Shown one piece after another: positions 47,768-57,097 of a stretch of 64,000 nt of DNA. The stretch's first letter is position 1. The number at the start of each line of letters is the position of its first letter. The DNA is from Candidatus Magasanikiibacteriota bacterium. GTDB taxonomy: Bacteria; Patescibacteriota; Patescibacteriia; Magasanikbacterales; UBA922. Location: contig JABIEQ010000014.1 of assembly GCA_018651085.1 (NCBI GenBank), forward strand, positions 161,807 through 225,806, given 5' to 3'. A program made the position numbers and the translations under genes. A model generated the notes under the pieces. The model had not been told where the DNA came from and did no database searches. It saw only the letters and a list, made by a program, of their open reading frames with translations.

Positions 47768-49006
47768 GTGTCGCACGGAAAAGAACATCACGGTTGGCGG
47801 GGGTTCGTCGTCCAAAGCGACGACAAGGTCCCCTGGATCCTCTGGGGCGTACTCATAGGAATGTTTCTCTTCACAACGGGAGAACTGCTGGGAATGCATT
47901 TCCAGCATTACTTCCACCACGAGATCCCCCATTTCCTCACGAACCACATGGGGATGCTCTACTTCTTCGCCTTTTTGGGTCTTGAGGTCACCATCAAAAA
48001 ACTCAAGGCCGCGGGGAGGTTCGTCATATTTGCCACGATTGGCGGTATGATCATCCCGCCACTCTGCGCCTACGCACTGACCCAGAACTTCTACATCGCT
48101 CTTGGGGCTTGTGCCACAGACGTGGCCTTCAGCCTCGGCGCGTGGAAGATGGCAAAGGGTACGCGAGAAGACGGCCTCAAGTTTGTCTACACGGCCCTTT
48201 TGATCCTCGCTGTTGGCGACGATCTTGGCGGCGTGATGATGCTCGCGGCCTTCTACGCCACGGCAGTGACGGGAGGATGGTTGATCTTCGGACTCATGAA
48301 CATGATCTTCTCCTACGCCTGCGGGGAAAAAGGAGAGTTCACCGTCAAGTGGGTTCCCATGAACCTCTCAGGAGAAGAACTCACTGAGTGGAAGGCAACG
48401 AAGTTCAACGTGCTTATTGAGAAGAAGTGGTTCTGGATCCTGTTTGCAGCCGCGAACTGTGGAATCATGTGGGCTGCTGGCGTCGAATGGATTCTCGGCG
48501 CTTGCCTCATCTTCATCTTGGCCCCTGACAAGGTCAAGGAGGAGTTGATCCACATGATGAAACCCTTCATTCCGATCATCCTGTTCTTCTTTGGTGGCGT
48601 GAACGGCGCTATCAACGTGTTCGACCTCAACAACTGGGGATGGATCACTGCGGGTTCCGCTATCGGTGGCTTTGGCGGAAAAATCATCGGCATCTTTGGA
48701 GGAGGGATGCTTGGAAGATGGCAAACCAAGAAAAAGGACCCCAACAACGACTACGCGAACATCCCGACAAGAAGAATCGCGGCCTTGGCCCTGTTTGGCG
48801 CAGCCAACGGGACCGTTGCCATCTTCTTTGTCAGCATGGGAGCCGCCCGTGGTTTCATCGAGGCTGGAGACGCCAAGCAAGCAATTCTCGGCTACTTCCT
48901 AACCGTGGGGATTGTCTACGGGCTAACCTTCATCGGGAATCTCGTTGATTTTTTCGGTGTGAAAGCCGAAGAGATCGAACTCAACAGTCAACCAGCCACG
49001 ACGTAA
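47768..49006 (+). CDS. nhaA: Na+/H+ antiporter NhaA (GC-rich, probably foreign). GTG start.
   Basis: GACATDVAFSLGAWKMAKG and LLILAVGDDLGGVMMLAAFY match NhaA signature regions. A GGAGG RBS lies 6 nt upstream. High GC. Confidence 0.8.
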   Translation: MSHGKEHHGWRGFVVQSDDKVPWILWGVLIGMFLFTTGELLGMHFQHYFHHEIPHFLTNHMGMLYFFAFLGLEVTIKKLKAAGRFVIFATIGGMIIPPLCAYALTQNFYIALGACATDVAFSLGAWKMAKGTREDGLKFVYTALLILAVGDDLGGVMMLAAFYATAVTGGWLIFGLMNMIFSYACGEKGEFTVKWVPMNLSGEELTEWKATKFNVLIEKKWFWILFAAANCGIMWAAGVEWILGACLIFILAPDKVKEELIHMMKPFIPIILFFFGGVNGAINVFDLNNWGWITAGSAIGGFGGKIIGIFGGGMLGRWQTKKKDPNNDYANIPTRRIAALALFGAANGTVAIFFVSMGAARGFIEAGDAKQAILGYFLTVGIVYGLTFIGNLVDFFGVKAEEIELNSQPATT

Positions 49007-49112
49007 ACGAAGCAAGGGAGGGAGCAAGATGCTCCACTTCTAAAAAAAGTCTGATATGGAAATTCAGCCCCTTGCCTTGATACCAAAAACTCTTTGATAT
49101 CAAGGTAAGTAA

Positions 49113-49138
49113 AAAGACAGCTTTATGCTGTCTTTTTT
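49113..49138. terminator. Rho-independent terminator.
   Basis: aaaaaGACAGCtttatGCTGTCtttttt. Confidence 0.65.
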
Positions 49139-49151
49139 GGTATACATTTTT

Positions 49152-50075
49152 TTATTCCTTCTTCGCTCGAATAATATATCCTTGACTCTCAATCCATCGC
49201 CCAATAGTAAGCATTTCAATTAATCCATAGAGTTCTACCACTGCAGTAGAAAATGGATGTAACTTTTTTTTGATAAACAATAATACTTTACTCACTATAC
49301 GAAGGACAAAAAATCTTTTTTCTTTAGAAAAAGCATCTTGAAATTCATCCGGGTGTGCAAAAAACTTTGCCCAAAAAATACTATACATGTGAGTTATCGT
49401 AAACCCAGCATGAGAAAAAAGTTGTTTCAATTTTTTCTTTGAATACAAAGAAATATGAAATTCTTTATGCGGATCAATGTTACAATCTCGATTAAAAAGA
49501 TATCGACGAATAAACGCATGCTTTCCAAGTTTTGATTCACTAAACATTAAAGATAAACCACCTGGAATAAGTACTCGATGAATTTCAGCTAACCATGAAG
49601 AAACATCCTCTACATGCCCTAATACATCTGAAGCATACACAACATCAAAATATTCTTTTTGGTACGGCATATTCACTCCGTCATACCATTTCACTTGTGG
49701 CCACACCCCGTATTGTTTTATTTTTTTCTTCGCAATATCAAGTTGAAGTCGCACCACATCAAGACCATGTACTTCAACACCACGCCCAAAAAGTTTTTTC
49801 AAATCAACAATCGTTGCCCCTGTACCACATCCAACATCAAGAATACGAAATGGTTCTTGAAGCCGCACTCGTTTACTTACACCTCGATTCTTCTTTTTAA
49901 AGGCACGATAAATAAACCAATACAACACACATTTTTTGGGATAAAAAACCAATTTCAAAAGCTCAGTAAATTTTATGGTTGCATGAGGGAATAAAGGGTT
50001 CGTATCCCAAATTTCAGCCCCACCTTCACTGTGCACTCCCCAACCAAGCGTTGATTGTATCTCTTTTTTCTTCAT
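49152..50075 (-). CDS. Class I SAM-dependent methyltransferase.
   Basis: ILDVGCGTGATIVDLKK motif I. Confidence 0.6.
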   Translation of the reverse strand: MKKKEIQSTLGWGVHSEGGAEIWDTNPLFPHATIKFTELLKLVFYPKKCVLYWFIYRAFKKKNRGVSKRVRLQEPFRILDVGCGTGATIVDLKKLFGRGVEVHGLDVVRLQLDIAKKKIKQYGVWPQVKWYDGVNMPYQKEYFDVVYASDVLGHVEDVSSWLAEIHRVLIPGGLSLMFSESKLGKHAFIRRYLFNRDCNIDPHKEFHISLYSKKKLKQLFSHAGFTITHMYSIFWAKFFAHPDEFQDAFSKEKRFFVLRIVSKVLLFIKKKLHPFSTAVVELYGLIEMLTIGRWIESQGYIIRAKKE

Positions 50076-50146
50076 AGTAAACCTATTGTATCATACCTAT
50101 ACATCATATATTATTAAAAAAAGAAGGCAAGTAAATATATATCTAT

Positions 50147-50854
50147 ATGGAACTTAATACGAAGACAACCATACCAGCAGGATTTCTACTTATTGATAAA
50201 CCAAAAGAATGGACAAGCCACGATGTTGTGGGTTATCTGCGAGGGGCATTACGTATCAAAAAAATAGGCCACGCAGGGACCCTTGATCCTTTTGCAACAG
50301 GATTACTTATCGTAGGAGTGGGTCGAGAAGCCACAAAAAGAATAGACACCTTCAGAGATCTTCAAAAAACGTATGAAGCAATCATAATGCTAGGCGCATC
50401 TTCTGACACACAAGATAAAACTGGATCTATTACAAAAAAAGAACAAGCACCTACCCCAACAAAAAAAGAGATAGAAACGGTGCTACACACATATATAGGA
50501 GAACAAACACAAATTCCTCCAATGTACTCAGCAAAAAAAATCAAAGGCAAAAAGCTCTATGAATTAGCAAGAGAAGGAAAAGAAATAGAAAGAGCACCAC
50601 ATGACATCACTATTCATAGCATTACTCTTATTTCTTATAATCACCCACATCTAGAAATACGGGTCACTTGTTCTAAAGGGACATACATACGAACCCTTGC
50701 CCATGATATTGGGAAAACCCTTAAAACAGATGCTTATTGCGAAGAACTAAGAAGAACCGCCATTGGGACACACAATATAAAAGAGGCCTCTTCGCCAAAG
50801 GAAATTACCCTAGAAAACTACCTAAAAATGAAAAAAGATATAAATTTCGCTTAA
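50147..50854 (+). CDS. truB: tRNA pseudouridine(55) synthase.
   Basis: GHAGTLDPFATGLLIVGVG catalytic-Asp motif. Confidence 0.85.
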   Translation: MELNTKTTIPAGFLLIDKPKEWTSHDVVGYLRGALRIKKIGHAGTLDPFATGLLIVGVGREATKRIDTFRDLQKTYEAIIMLGASSDTQDKTGSITKKEQAPTPTKKEIETVLHTYIGEQTQIPPMYSAKKIKGKKLYELAREGKEIERAPHDITIHSITLISYNHPHLEIRVTCSKGTYIRTLAHDIGKTLKTDAYCEELRRTAIGTHNIKEASSPKEITLENYLKMKKDINFA

Positions 50855-50866
50855 ATAAGCCAAAGA

Positions 50867-50896
50867 TTGACAAAACAGGCTGAAATGTGCTAAGGT
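50867..50896 (+). promoter_or_regulatory. Candidate promoter TTGACA-N18-(TGc)TAAGGT, feeding a roughly 235-nt leader ahead of rny.
   Basis: TTGACA at 50867-50872. TAAGGT at 50891-50896, preceded by TGc (extended -10 like). Confidence 0.35.
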
Positions 50897-51132
50897 AAGC
50901 CCAGTCATTTACATAAACAGACGCGAGAATAGAGCTGGATTTTAGAGAAAGAGATGACCCAAAGACTGATATTGTGCCTTTCATGAATACTTTTATTGTC
51001 AGTGTTGACAATACCCTACTGAAAACACACATACACACCTCATAGCTCCTATGAGAGTCATCCTCATTTCTTTGTTACACAAAGGATATCTTGGTGTAAC
51101 CAAACTCTTCTCGTGGTAACAGCACATATTAT

Positions 51133-52653
51133 ATGCTTACCATCCTTATTGTTGCACTCATTGCAGCAGGAATTGGTGCCCTTATTGGATATATTGCAAG
51201 AAAAACAATTGCCCAATCAAAGGCCAACTCTGCAGAATCTTTAGCAGAGAAACGATTAATTGAAGCCAAAAACAAAGAACAAGAAATCATCCTTAAAGCA
51301 AAAGAACAAGCTATTAAATCGCTTGAAGATGCTAAAAAGGAAGAAGAAGAACGACGAAAAGAAATTCGTCGACTTCAAGATAGAATAGAACAACGAGAAT
51401 CAGTCTTTGAAGAAAAGATGGTTCAGTTTGAAGGACGAAAAGTAAAACTTCAAGAAAAAGCAGATGAGATTAAACTCATCAAAACAAGAATTGAAGAAAA
51501 ACATGAAGAAGCTACTAAAGAAGTAGAAAAATCAGCAGGGCTTTCTCGTGAAGATGCAAAAGAAGTACTCTTTGAAAAAATCAAAGAAACAGCACATGAA
51601 GATCTTCTTGCTTTAAGCTTAAAGTTTGATAATGACAACCATGAACAAATCGAAGAAAAGGCACAAGAAATCATGGTAAACACTATTCAACGAACAGCCG
51701 CTAACCACGCAGCTGAAACAACATCAACTGCCGTTCCACTTCCAAGCGACGAAATGAAAGGACGAATCATTGGAAAAGATGGAAGAAACATTAAAACAAT
51801 TGAAAAACTCACTGGATGTGAGCTTATTATTGACGAAACACCAGGACTTATCCTTATCTCTGGTTTTTCTCCAATCCGTAGACGAGTATGTTCACTTGCC
51901 CTTAAAAAACTTATTAAGGATGGGCGTATTCAACCAGCAAAAATTGAAGAATACATCCTTGAAGCAAAAAGAGAACTTGCAGTAGACATTAAAAAAGCTG
52001 GTGATAATGCTCTTCAAGGGCTTGGTATCATCGGTATTGATCCAAAACTTATTTCTATTGTTGGAAGACTCCAATATAGAACAAGTTACGGACAAAATAT
52101 TTTAAACCATTCTATTGAGGTAGCACATTTATGTGCCCTTATGGCAGAAGAACTTGGACTCGATGTAGCAAAAGCAAAACGAGCAGGATTCTTCCATGAC
52201 ATTGGAAAATCTGTTGATCACGATACACAAGGAACACATACAGAAATTGGATATACTATTTTGAAAAAATTTAAAATTGATGAAGATGTTGCACAAGCAG
52301 CACTTACTCATCATGATACAAACCCCCCACTTCTTCTTACAAAGATTGTAATGGCAGCTGATGCAATTTCAGCGTCACGTGTAGGAGCAAGACGAGATAC
52401 ATACGAACAATTCGTTACTCGTTTAGAAGAACTAGAAGATACAGCAAAAAGCTTCCCTGGCGTAAGTAAAGTATACGCTATCCAAGCAGGACGAGAAATT
52501 CGTGTCTTTGTTGATGCAAAACAAACTGACGACTATGCATCATACAATCTGGCAAAAGACATTGCTAGAAAAATTGAGACAGAACTTACCTATCCTGGAG
52601 AAATTAAAATTAACGTAATCCGCGAAACACGAGTCATTGAATACGCGCGGTAA
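51133..52653 (+). CDS. rny: Ribonuclease Y.
   Basis: N-terminal TM helix plus coiled coil. KH domain (GKDGRNIKTIEKLTG). HD domain (GFFHDIGK). Confidence 0.85.
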   Translation: MLTILIVALIAAGIGALIGYIARKTIAQSKANSAESLAEKRLIEAKNKEQEIILKAKEQAIKSLEDAKKEEEERRKEIRRLQDRIEQRESVFEEKMVQFEGRKVKLQEKADEIKLIKTRIEEKHEEATKEVEKSAGLSREDAKEVLFEKIKETAHEDLLALSLKFDNDNHEQIEEKAQEIMVNTIQRTAANHAAETTSTAVPLPSDEMKGRIIGKDGRNIKTIEKLTGCELIIDETPGLILISGFSPIRRRVCSLALKKLIKDGRIQPAKIEEYILEAKRELAVDIKKAGDNALQGLGIIGIDPKLISIVGRLQYRTSYGQNILNHSIEVAHLCALMAEELGLDVAKAKRAGFFHDIGKSVDHDTQGTHTEIGYTILKKFKIDEDVAQAALTHHDTNPPLLLTKIVMAADAISASRVGARRDTYEQFVTRLEELEDTAKSFPGVSKVYAIQAGREIRVFVDAKQTDDYASYNLAKDIARKIETELTYPGEIKINVIRETRVIEYAR

Positions 52654-52672
52654 AACATTTTTTTGATCAGTA

Positions 52673-52706
52673 AAAACCACCAATATATCTTTGGTGGTTT
52701 TTTATA
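52673..52706 (+). terminator. Rho-independent terminator after rny.
   Basis: aaaaACCACCAatatatctTTGGTGGTttttt. Confidence 0.6.
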
Positions 52707-52727
52707 TACAAAACAAATTGCGCTCTA

Positions 52728-52756
52728 TTGACAGGAATTTATAAATATCGTACACT
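52728..52756 (+). promoter_or_regulatory. Candidate promoter for the HU gene.
   Basis: TTGACA (52728-52733), a 17-nt spacer, then TACACT. Confidence 0.3.
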
Positions 52757-52798
52757 ATATCTAATTAAATATAATCTTCAATATCCTAATTAGTGCCT

Positions 52799-53134
52799 AT
52801 GGAAAAAGTTAACAAAGCAAAGCTTGCCCTTTTGATCGCTGACAAAGTTGGTGTATCAAAAAAAGAGGCAGAAGACATGCTTGCGGCTTTTGTAAACATT
52901 GTCATGAACACGATTAAAGACGGAGCAACGGTTACTATTGCAGGCTTTGGAGCCTTTAGTGCCAAAACACGTAAAGGGAGACTCGGAGTGAATCCACAAA
53001 ACCCAAGTCAAAAAATCCAAATTCCAGCAGTAACTGTACCAAAGTTCAAAGCAGGAAAAGCATTGAAAGATGCATTAAAGAAAAAAGACCGACCCATGCC
53101 AGAAGCTCCATCACCAGAAGGAATGGGCATGTAA
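52799..53134 (+). CDS. hup: HU-family DNA-binding protein with a short basic/proline-rich C-terminal extension.
   Basis: MEKVNKAKLALLIADKVG...GFGAFSAKTRKGRLGVNPQNP is the HU/IHF fold signature. Confidence 0.8.
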   Translation: MEKVNKAKLALLIADKVGVSKKEAEDMLAAFVNIVMNTIKDGATVTIAGFGAFSAKTRKGRLGVNPQNPSQKIQIPAVTVPKFKAGKALKDALKKKDRPMPEAPSPEGMGM

Positions 53135-53147
53135 AAAAGAAGTACAT

Positions 53148-53174
53148 TCACCCTCCATTTGGAGGGTGTTTTTA
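53148..53174 (+). terminator. Rho-independent terminator after the HU gene.
   Basis: CACCCTCCAtttGGAGGGTGttttt. Confidence 0.6.
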
Positions 53175-53203
53175 TTGACAAAAATACCAAAAAAAATTAT
53201 ACT
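53175..53203 (+). promoter_or_regulatory. Candidate promoter for the tRNA pair.
   Basis: TTGACA (53175-53180), a 17-nt spacer, then TATACT (53198-53203). An additional TATAAT lies at 53213-53218. Confidence 0.45.
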
Positions 53204-53220
53204 AATCGCTGTATAATAAT

Positions 53221-53292
53221 GTCGCCATCGTCTAGTGGCTAGGACACCGGGTTCTCATCCCGGCAACAGGAGTTCGATTCTCCTTGGCGATA
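53221..53292 (+). tRNA. tRNA-Glu (anticodon CUC).
   Basis: Manual fold. 7-bp acceptor stem (1-72 is a G-U wobble). D-arm GUCU/GGAC. Anticodon stem CCGGG/CCCGG with loop UUCUCAU. 4-nt variable loop. T-arm AGGAG-UUCGAUU-CUCCU. Discriminator A. CCA is not encoded. Confidence 0.8.
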
Positions 53293-53311
53293 CATAGACA
53301 AATTTACAAAT

Positions 53312-53385
53312 GTCAGAGTAGCTCAGTTGGTAAGAGCGTAGGATTCATAACCCTAAGGTCGGCGGTTCAATTCCGCCCTCTGACA
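53312..53385 (+). tRNA. tRNA with anticodon CAU: elongator Met or lysidine-type Ile2. It is not an initiator, since it lacks the 3xGC anticodon stem.
   Basis: Manual fold. Perfect 7-bp acceptor GUCAGAG/CUCUGAC. D-arm GCUC/GAGC. Anticodon loop UUCAUAA. T-arm GGCGG-UUCAAUU-CCGCC. Discriminator A. Confidence 0.8.
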
Positions 53386-53390
53386 CAAAA

Positions 53391-53418
53391 ACAACCTTTT
53401 TAAAAGGTTGTTTTTTTA
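53391..53418. terminator. Rho-independent terminator, bidirectional (tRNA operon end and PBP gene end).
   Basis: AACCTTTTtaaaAAGGTTGttttttt. Confidence 0.65.
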
Positions 53419-55206
53419 TCGTTCAGGTTCAATATGATAATACTCGAGTAAAAATTGAGCAATCTTTCCAAATGTAGGAGCGGCAGTTACAGAAGAAAAT
53501 CGACCACTCTTAGGTTTTTCTAATTTAATAAGCATAACAAATGCTGGGTTATCAACCGGACCAAAACCAATAAACGAATGATTAGTGTCTTCTGTATACC
53601 CACCAGGCCCAGGAATTTGCGCTGTACCAGTCTTTCCAGCAATATAATACCCAGGAGCTCTAGCAAGCTTTGCTTGCCCACTATCAATGACATTCACAAG
53701 CATCCCTTTTAAAAATGTTGACGTTCGTGGAGTTAAGACTCGTCTAATTGCTGTCCGTTTTGTCTTATCTACCTTTCCATCACTATGACGCACCTCGTCA
53801 ACGATATACGGCTTAATAAGCTCTCCTCCGGTTGCAATGGCACTATACGCTGAAACCATCTGAAGTGGTGTAGCTGTAATTCCCTGACCAAATGAAGCCG
53901 TAGCAGCATAACAATCTATGTTGTCCCCTCTGTTTTCGGATAACGAATCAATTGTTCCAGACGCTTCTGTATCAATTTGAATCCCCTCTTTAATACCAAA
54001 TCCAAATTGCTCAACATATTCACGAAAAACTTTTTTACCAATTTGTTCAACAACATACACCATGCCAGTATTGATCGAATTTTCAAGTACCCCAGTCATG
54101 GTAGTATCTCCATAAATTTTCCCATCAGCATTCGTAATAGGATGCTGACAGATGTCTTGCTTAGATCCTGAATCATGAAACACCGTCTTTGGGGTAACAG
54201 CTCCTTCATTTAAAGCAGCACCCATAGCAATTGGTTTAAAGATAGATCCAATTTCATAAGGAGCAAATACCGCCTTATTATTATATACATTTCCTGAAAC
54301 TACCTGAGAATAATCATTTACATCAAAGTCAGGCAAACTACACATTGCTCGAATCGCCCCGTTTCGTGGATCCATAATAATAAGTGACGCTCCTTCTGCT
54401 TCATATAATTCCATCGCTTCTCGAAGCATCTCGCATGATTGAAACTGTAATGTCCTATCAATCGTTAAAAGAAGATCTACCCCATCTTCTGCAGGACGAA
54501 ACAATCTTCCGGCAATAGAAATCCACCGTCCACCAGCTGTTTTGGCACCTTCAAATACCCCTGCATTCCCTGCAAGTTCTTGTTGCCAATACCCTTCAAT
54601 CCCATACCGACCAAGGTCTCCACCATCTTCTGTTTTACCAACAAACCCTACAACATGTGACGCAATATGCTTTTCTGGATACAGTCGCCGTGGAACACGC
54701 ACGTAAGAAATACCAGGAAGATCAAGCTCACGTAATACTTCAACTACAGATTCTTCAATATTCTTTTCAAGTGGTTCATACGGATCAGTACGTTTATTTA
54801 CTTGCAAGTACACACTAAATTTCTTCTCGTCATCATACGAAAACACCTCAGCAAGGCCTTCAGCAACATCTTCAGCCATCTCGTCGTCAAGAATAGCGCG
54901 TGTATCAGCAAACACAATAAACTGATCTTTATTAATCGCAAGCGGAAATTCATCTCCTGTTCTCGTATCTTGAATAAAGATTTCTCCTCGTTCAGGAATA
55001 AGTCGTTGTGTTATGCCATGGGATCCTGTTGCAATATCCGTATACACATCATGTTCAACAATCATCAAGACAAAAAGCCGTACTCCTACTAGTACGGCAA
55101 ATAATCCACATATAATTCCAACAAGACGCAACCGAGAATCGACGTTAGATGAACGTCTCACTCTTTGCGCACTTCGAACACGGCGACGTGACACAAAAAA
55201 TATCAT
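53416..55206 (-). CDS. Penicillin-binding protein 2 / peptidoglycan D,D-transpeptidase (class B PBP).
   Basis: N-terminal TM helix. The SIFK (SxxK) active-site region, SxN and KTGTA motifs are present. Confidence 0.8.
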   Translation of the reverse strand: MIFFVSRRRVRSAQRVRRSSNVDSRLRLVGIICGLFAVLVGVRLFVLMIVEHDVYTDIATGSHGITQRLIPERGEIFIQDTRTGDEFPLAINKDQFIVFADTRAILDDEMAEDVAEGLAEVFSYDDEKKFSVYLQVNKRTDPYEPLEKNIEESVVEVLRELDLPGISYVRVPRRLYPEKHIASHVVGFVGKTEDGGDLGRYGIEGYWQQELAGNAGVFEGAKTAGGRWISIAGRLFRPAEDGVDLLLTIDRTLQFQSCEMLREAMELYEAEGASLIIMDPRNGAIRAMCSLPDFDVNDYSQVVSGNVYNNKAVFAPYEIGSIFKPIAMGAALNEGAVTPKTVFHDSGSKQDICQHPITNADGKIYGDTTMTGVLENSINTGMVYVVEQIGKKVFREYVEQFGFGIKEGIQIDTEASGTIDSLSENRGDNIDCYAATASFGQGITATPLQMVSAYSAIATGGELIKPYIVDEVRHSDGKVDKTKRTAIRRVLTPRTSTFLKGMLVNVIDSGQAKLARAPGYYIAGKTGTAQIPGPGGYTEDTNHSFIGFGPVDNPAFVMLIKLEKPKSGRFSSVTAAPTFGKIAQFLLEYYHIEPER

Positions 55207-55212
55207 TAAAAA

Positions 55213-55536
55213 CTAAACACGATCTTTAAGATCTTTAATCATACTTCCCCACTGTGTATTTAATACCTTTGTCACCATTTTCACCATTGGAGTCGGTAAA
55301 TTATGCTTTTTTGCATAAGAAGCCACAGTTGATTTCACAACTTTTGTATAATCTCCTTTTTTCATTTTCTGCCATTGCTTTGTTTTTTGAATTTTAGAAA
55401 AAAGATCTGCATAAATAGTTGATGCATGATCAAGCATTTCTTCACGAACAGCTTTTCCTTTTTTTGTTGTGTTAAGCCACATAAGCCCAGCACCGAGAAG
55501 TCCTCCAAAAAAGACTCCCTTATTAAATTTTCCCAT
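55213..55536 (-). CDS. YtxH-like small membrane-associated protein.
   Basis: N-terminal KGVFFGGLLGAGLMWL...KKGKAVREE is typical of the YtxH domain. Confidence 0.45.
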   Translation of the reverse strand: MGKFNKGVFFGGLLGAGLMWLNTTKKGKAVREEMLDHASTIYADLFSKIQKTKQWQKMKKGDYTKVVKSTVASYAKKHNLPTPMVKMVTKVLNTQWGSMIKDLKDRV

Positions 55537-55591
55537 ACAAAAGATGGATTAAAAGTAAATACTATACTACTATAAAGTATACCATAAACGC

Positions 55592-56740
55592 CTACACCCC
55601 TGAAACAAGTCGCGTATATAACGCATCAAGAGCATTTCCTACACGATCCCAACTATATACATCTTCAGCAACACGACGAACTTCTTTTGCCAACGTTTCT
55701 TTATCTGAAGGGTGAAGTGCTAAAAATGAAGCACATGCACGAACAAGAGAAGAAACATCATTAGGACGGACAACCACACCTCCTTTGTTTGCCACTGTTC
55801 GTACTCCAGGAAGATCACTTGCAAGAACAGATACCCCACTAGCCATTGATTCAAGAAGAACCATACCAAACGCTTCCCCCTGATTAATAGAGGGTAATAC
55901 TAATAAATCCGCCATATTATAATAATACGGTAACATCTCGTCAGATATCCTTCCAACAAAACGTACATGTGATGCTAATCCATACCCTTTTGCTTGAATA
56001 ATAAAGTCTTCTTTAAGATTTCCATCCCCAACAAAAACAACTTGAGGAGATAACCCTTGTCTTTTTAATATCTTTAATGCCTTCAAAAACACTCCTACTC
56101 CTTTAAAATAATGAGCCGAATCCATGCCTCCAACAAATAAAAAGGTAGGGGCATTAATATCGAGATCATGCTCTAAAAAAAGAGATGATGGTTTCTCTCG
56201 TGGACTAAATCGTTCAAGATCAACGCCAAAGGGCATCTCAGACCATTTGTCTTTATGCGTTATAGCTAAAGAGGAAGCCTGACTTGAAGATAAAAAATCA
56301 AATGAATTTACTAAAAGAACATCAGCCGATCCTAAAATCTTCCCCATCCAAAACTTATTGTAATATGCAAAATATAACCCTTTCCATCCTGTTCCTCTTG
56401 TATCCATATGATACGTCACAACAAGTGGTTTGTTTGGGTGGTTCTTTTTCCACTTTCTTACTAAATTTGCCGTACCAAAAAATGGATAATGCAAATGCAC
56501 TATATCAAATCGATCAAGTTCTTTCGTGATTTGGGGAAGGTTTGCTGCATTTCCATACTGAAAACGAGGGCGAAGACGATTTGCATAAGACACTGTTTCC
56601 TCTTCTGGTTCACCTTTTTGGGGAGTAATCACCTCAACAGTATGTCCACGTTTTGTAAGTTCACTTGCCATGTGAAAAGCCAACTGCCCCATTCCTCCAA
56701 AATACGGTAGATAGGAACAAACAACATGAGCAATCTTCAT
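55592..56740 (-). CDS. Glycosyltransferase family 4 (GT-B).
   Basis: MKIAHVVCSYLPYFGGMGQLAFHMASELTKRGHTV. C-terminal E-x7-E-like region (EAFGMVLLESMASG). Confidence 0.75.
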   Translation of the reverse strand: MKIAHVVCSYLPYFGGMGQLAFHMASELTKRGHTVEVITPQKGEPEEETVSYANRLRPRFQYGNAANLPQITKELDRFDIVHLHYPFFGTANLVRKWKKNHPNKPLVVTYHMDTRGTGWKGLYFAYYNKFWMGKILGSADVLLVNSFDFLSSSQASSLAITHKDKWSEMPFGVDLERFSPREKPSSLFLEHDLDINAPTFLFVGGMDSAHYFKGVGVFLKALKILKRQGLSPQVVFVGDGNLKEDFIIQAKGYGLASHVRFVGRISDEMLPYYYNMADLLVLPSINQGEAFGMVLLESMASGVSVLASDLPGVRTVANKGGVVVRPNDVSSLVRACASFLALHPSDKETLAKEVRRVAEDVYSWDRVGNALDALYTRLVSGV

Positions 56741-56750
56741 AAAAAAATTA

Positions 56751-57095
56751 TTATTCTTTTAATGACTTTTTCGCATCGTCAATAGCCATTTTACGTATCA
56801 ATGTCGTTACATCTCTTCCCACTTGTTCAATTTTAATATGAAGTCGAAACAATAAATAAAAAAGTGTGGCAATGGAAATATAGAGCACTAAATCAACACC
56901 ACGACCAATAGAAAATATATGAGCAATCTTTGCGGTACTTTCTGGCCAGACCACCGCAACACCTACTCCTATCCAAAATAATACCCAAAATAAAGCACCC
57001 TTAGGACCAAGATCTCCTGAACGCCGTTTTTGGACAACACCAAAAATAGCAAAGAGAATAAAACAAACAAACAATATTTGAAAAATAGATAACAT
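56751..57095 (-). CDS. DUF2304-family small membrane protein (GT2-associated).
   Basis: 114 aa with three helices. It sits immediately upstream of a GT2 in the arrangement typical of the polyprenyl-phosphate GT2 plus DUF2304 pair. Confidence 0.5.
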   Translation of the reverse strand: MLSIFQILFVCFILFAIFGVVQKRRSGDLGPKGALFWVLFWIGVGVAVVWPESTAKIAHIFSIGRGVDLVLYISIATLFYLLFRLHIKIEQVGRDVTTLIRKMAIDDAKKSLKE

Positions 57096-57097
57096 AT

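Noticed and set aside
47606-47985. Overlapping ORFs 47606-47947 (minus) and 47713-47985 (plus) at the start of island 2.
   Set aside because: They overlap the nhaA start and each other and have no motifs. They are most likely artefacts of the GC-rich sequence.
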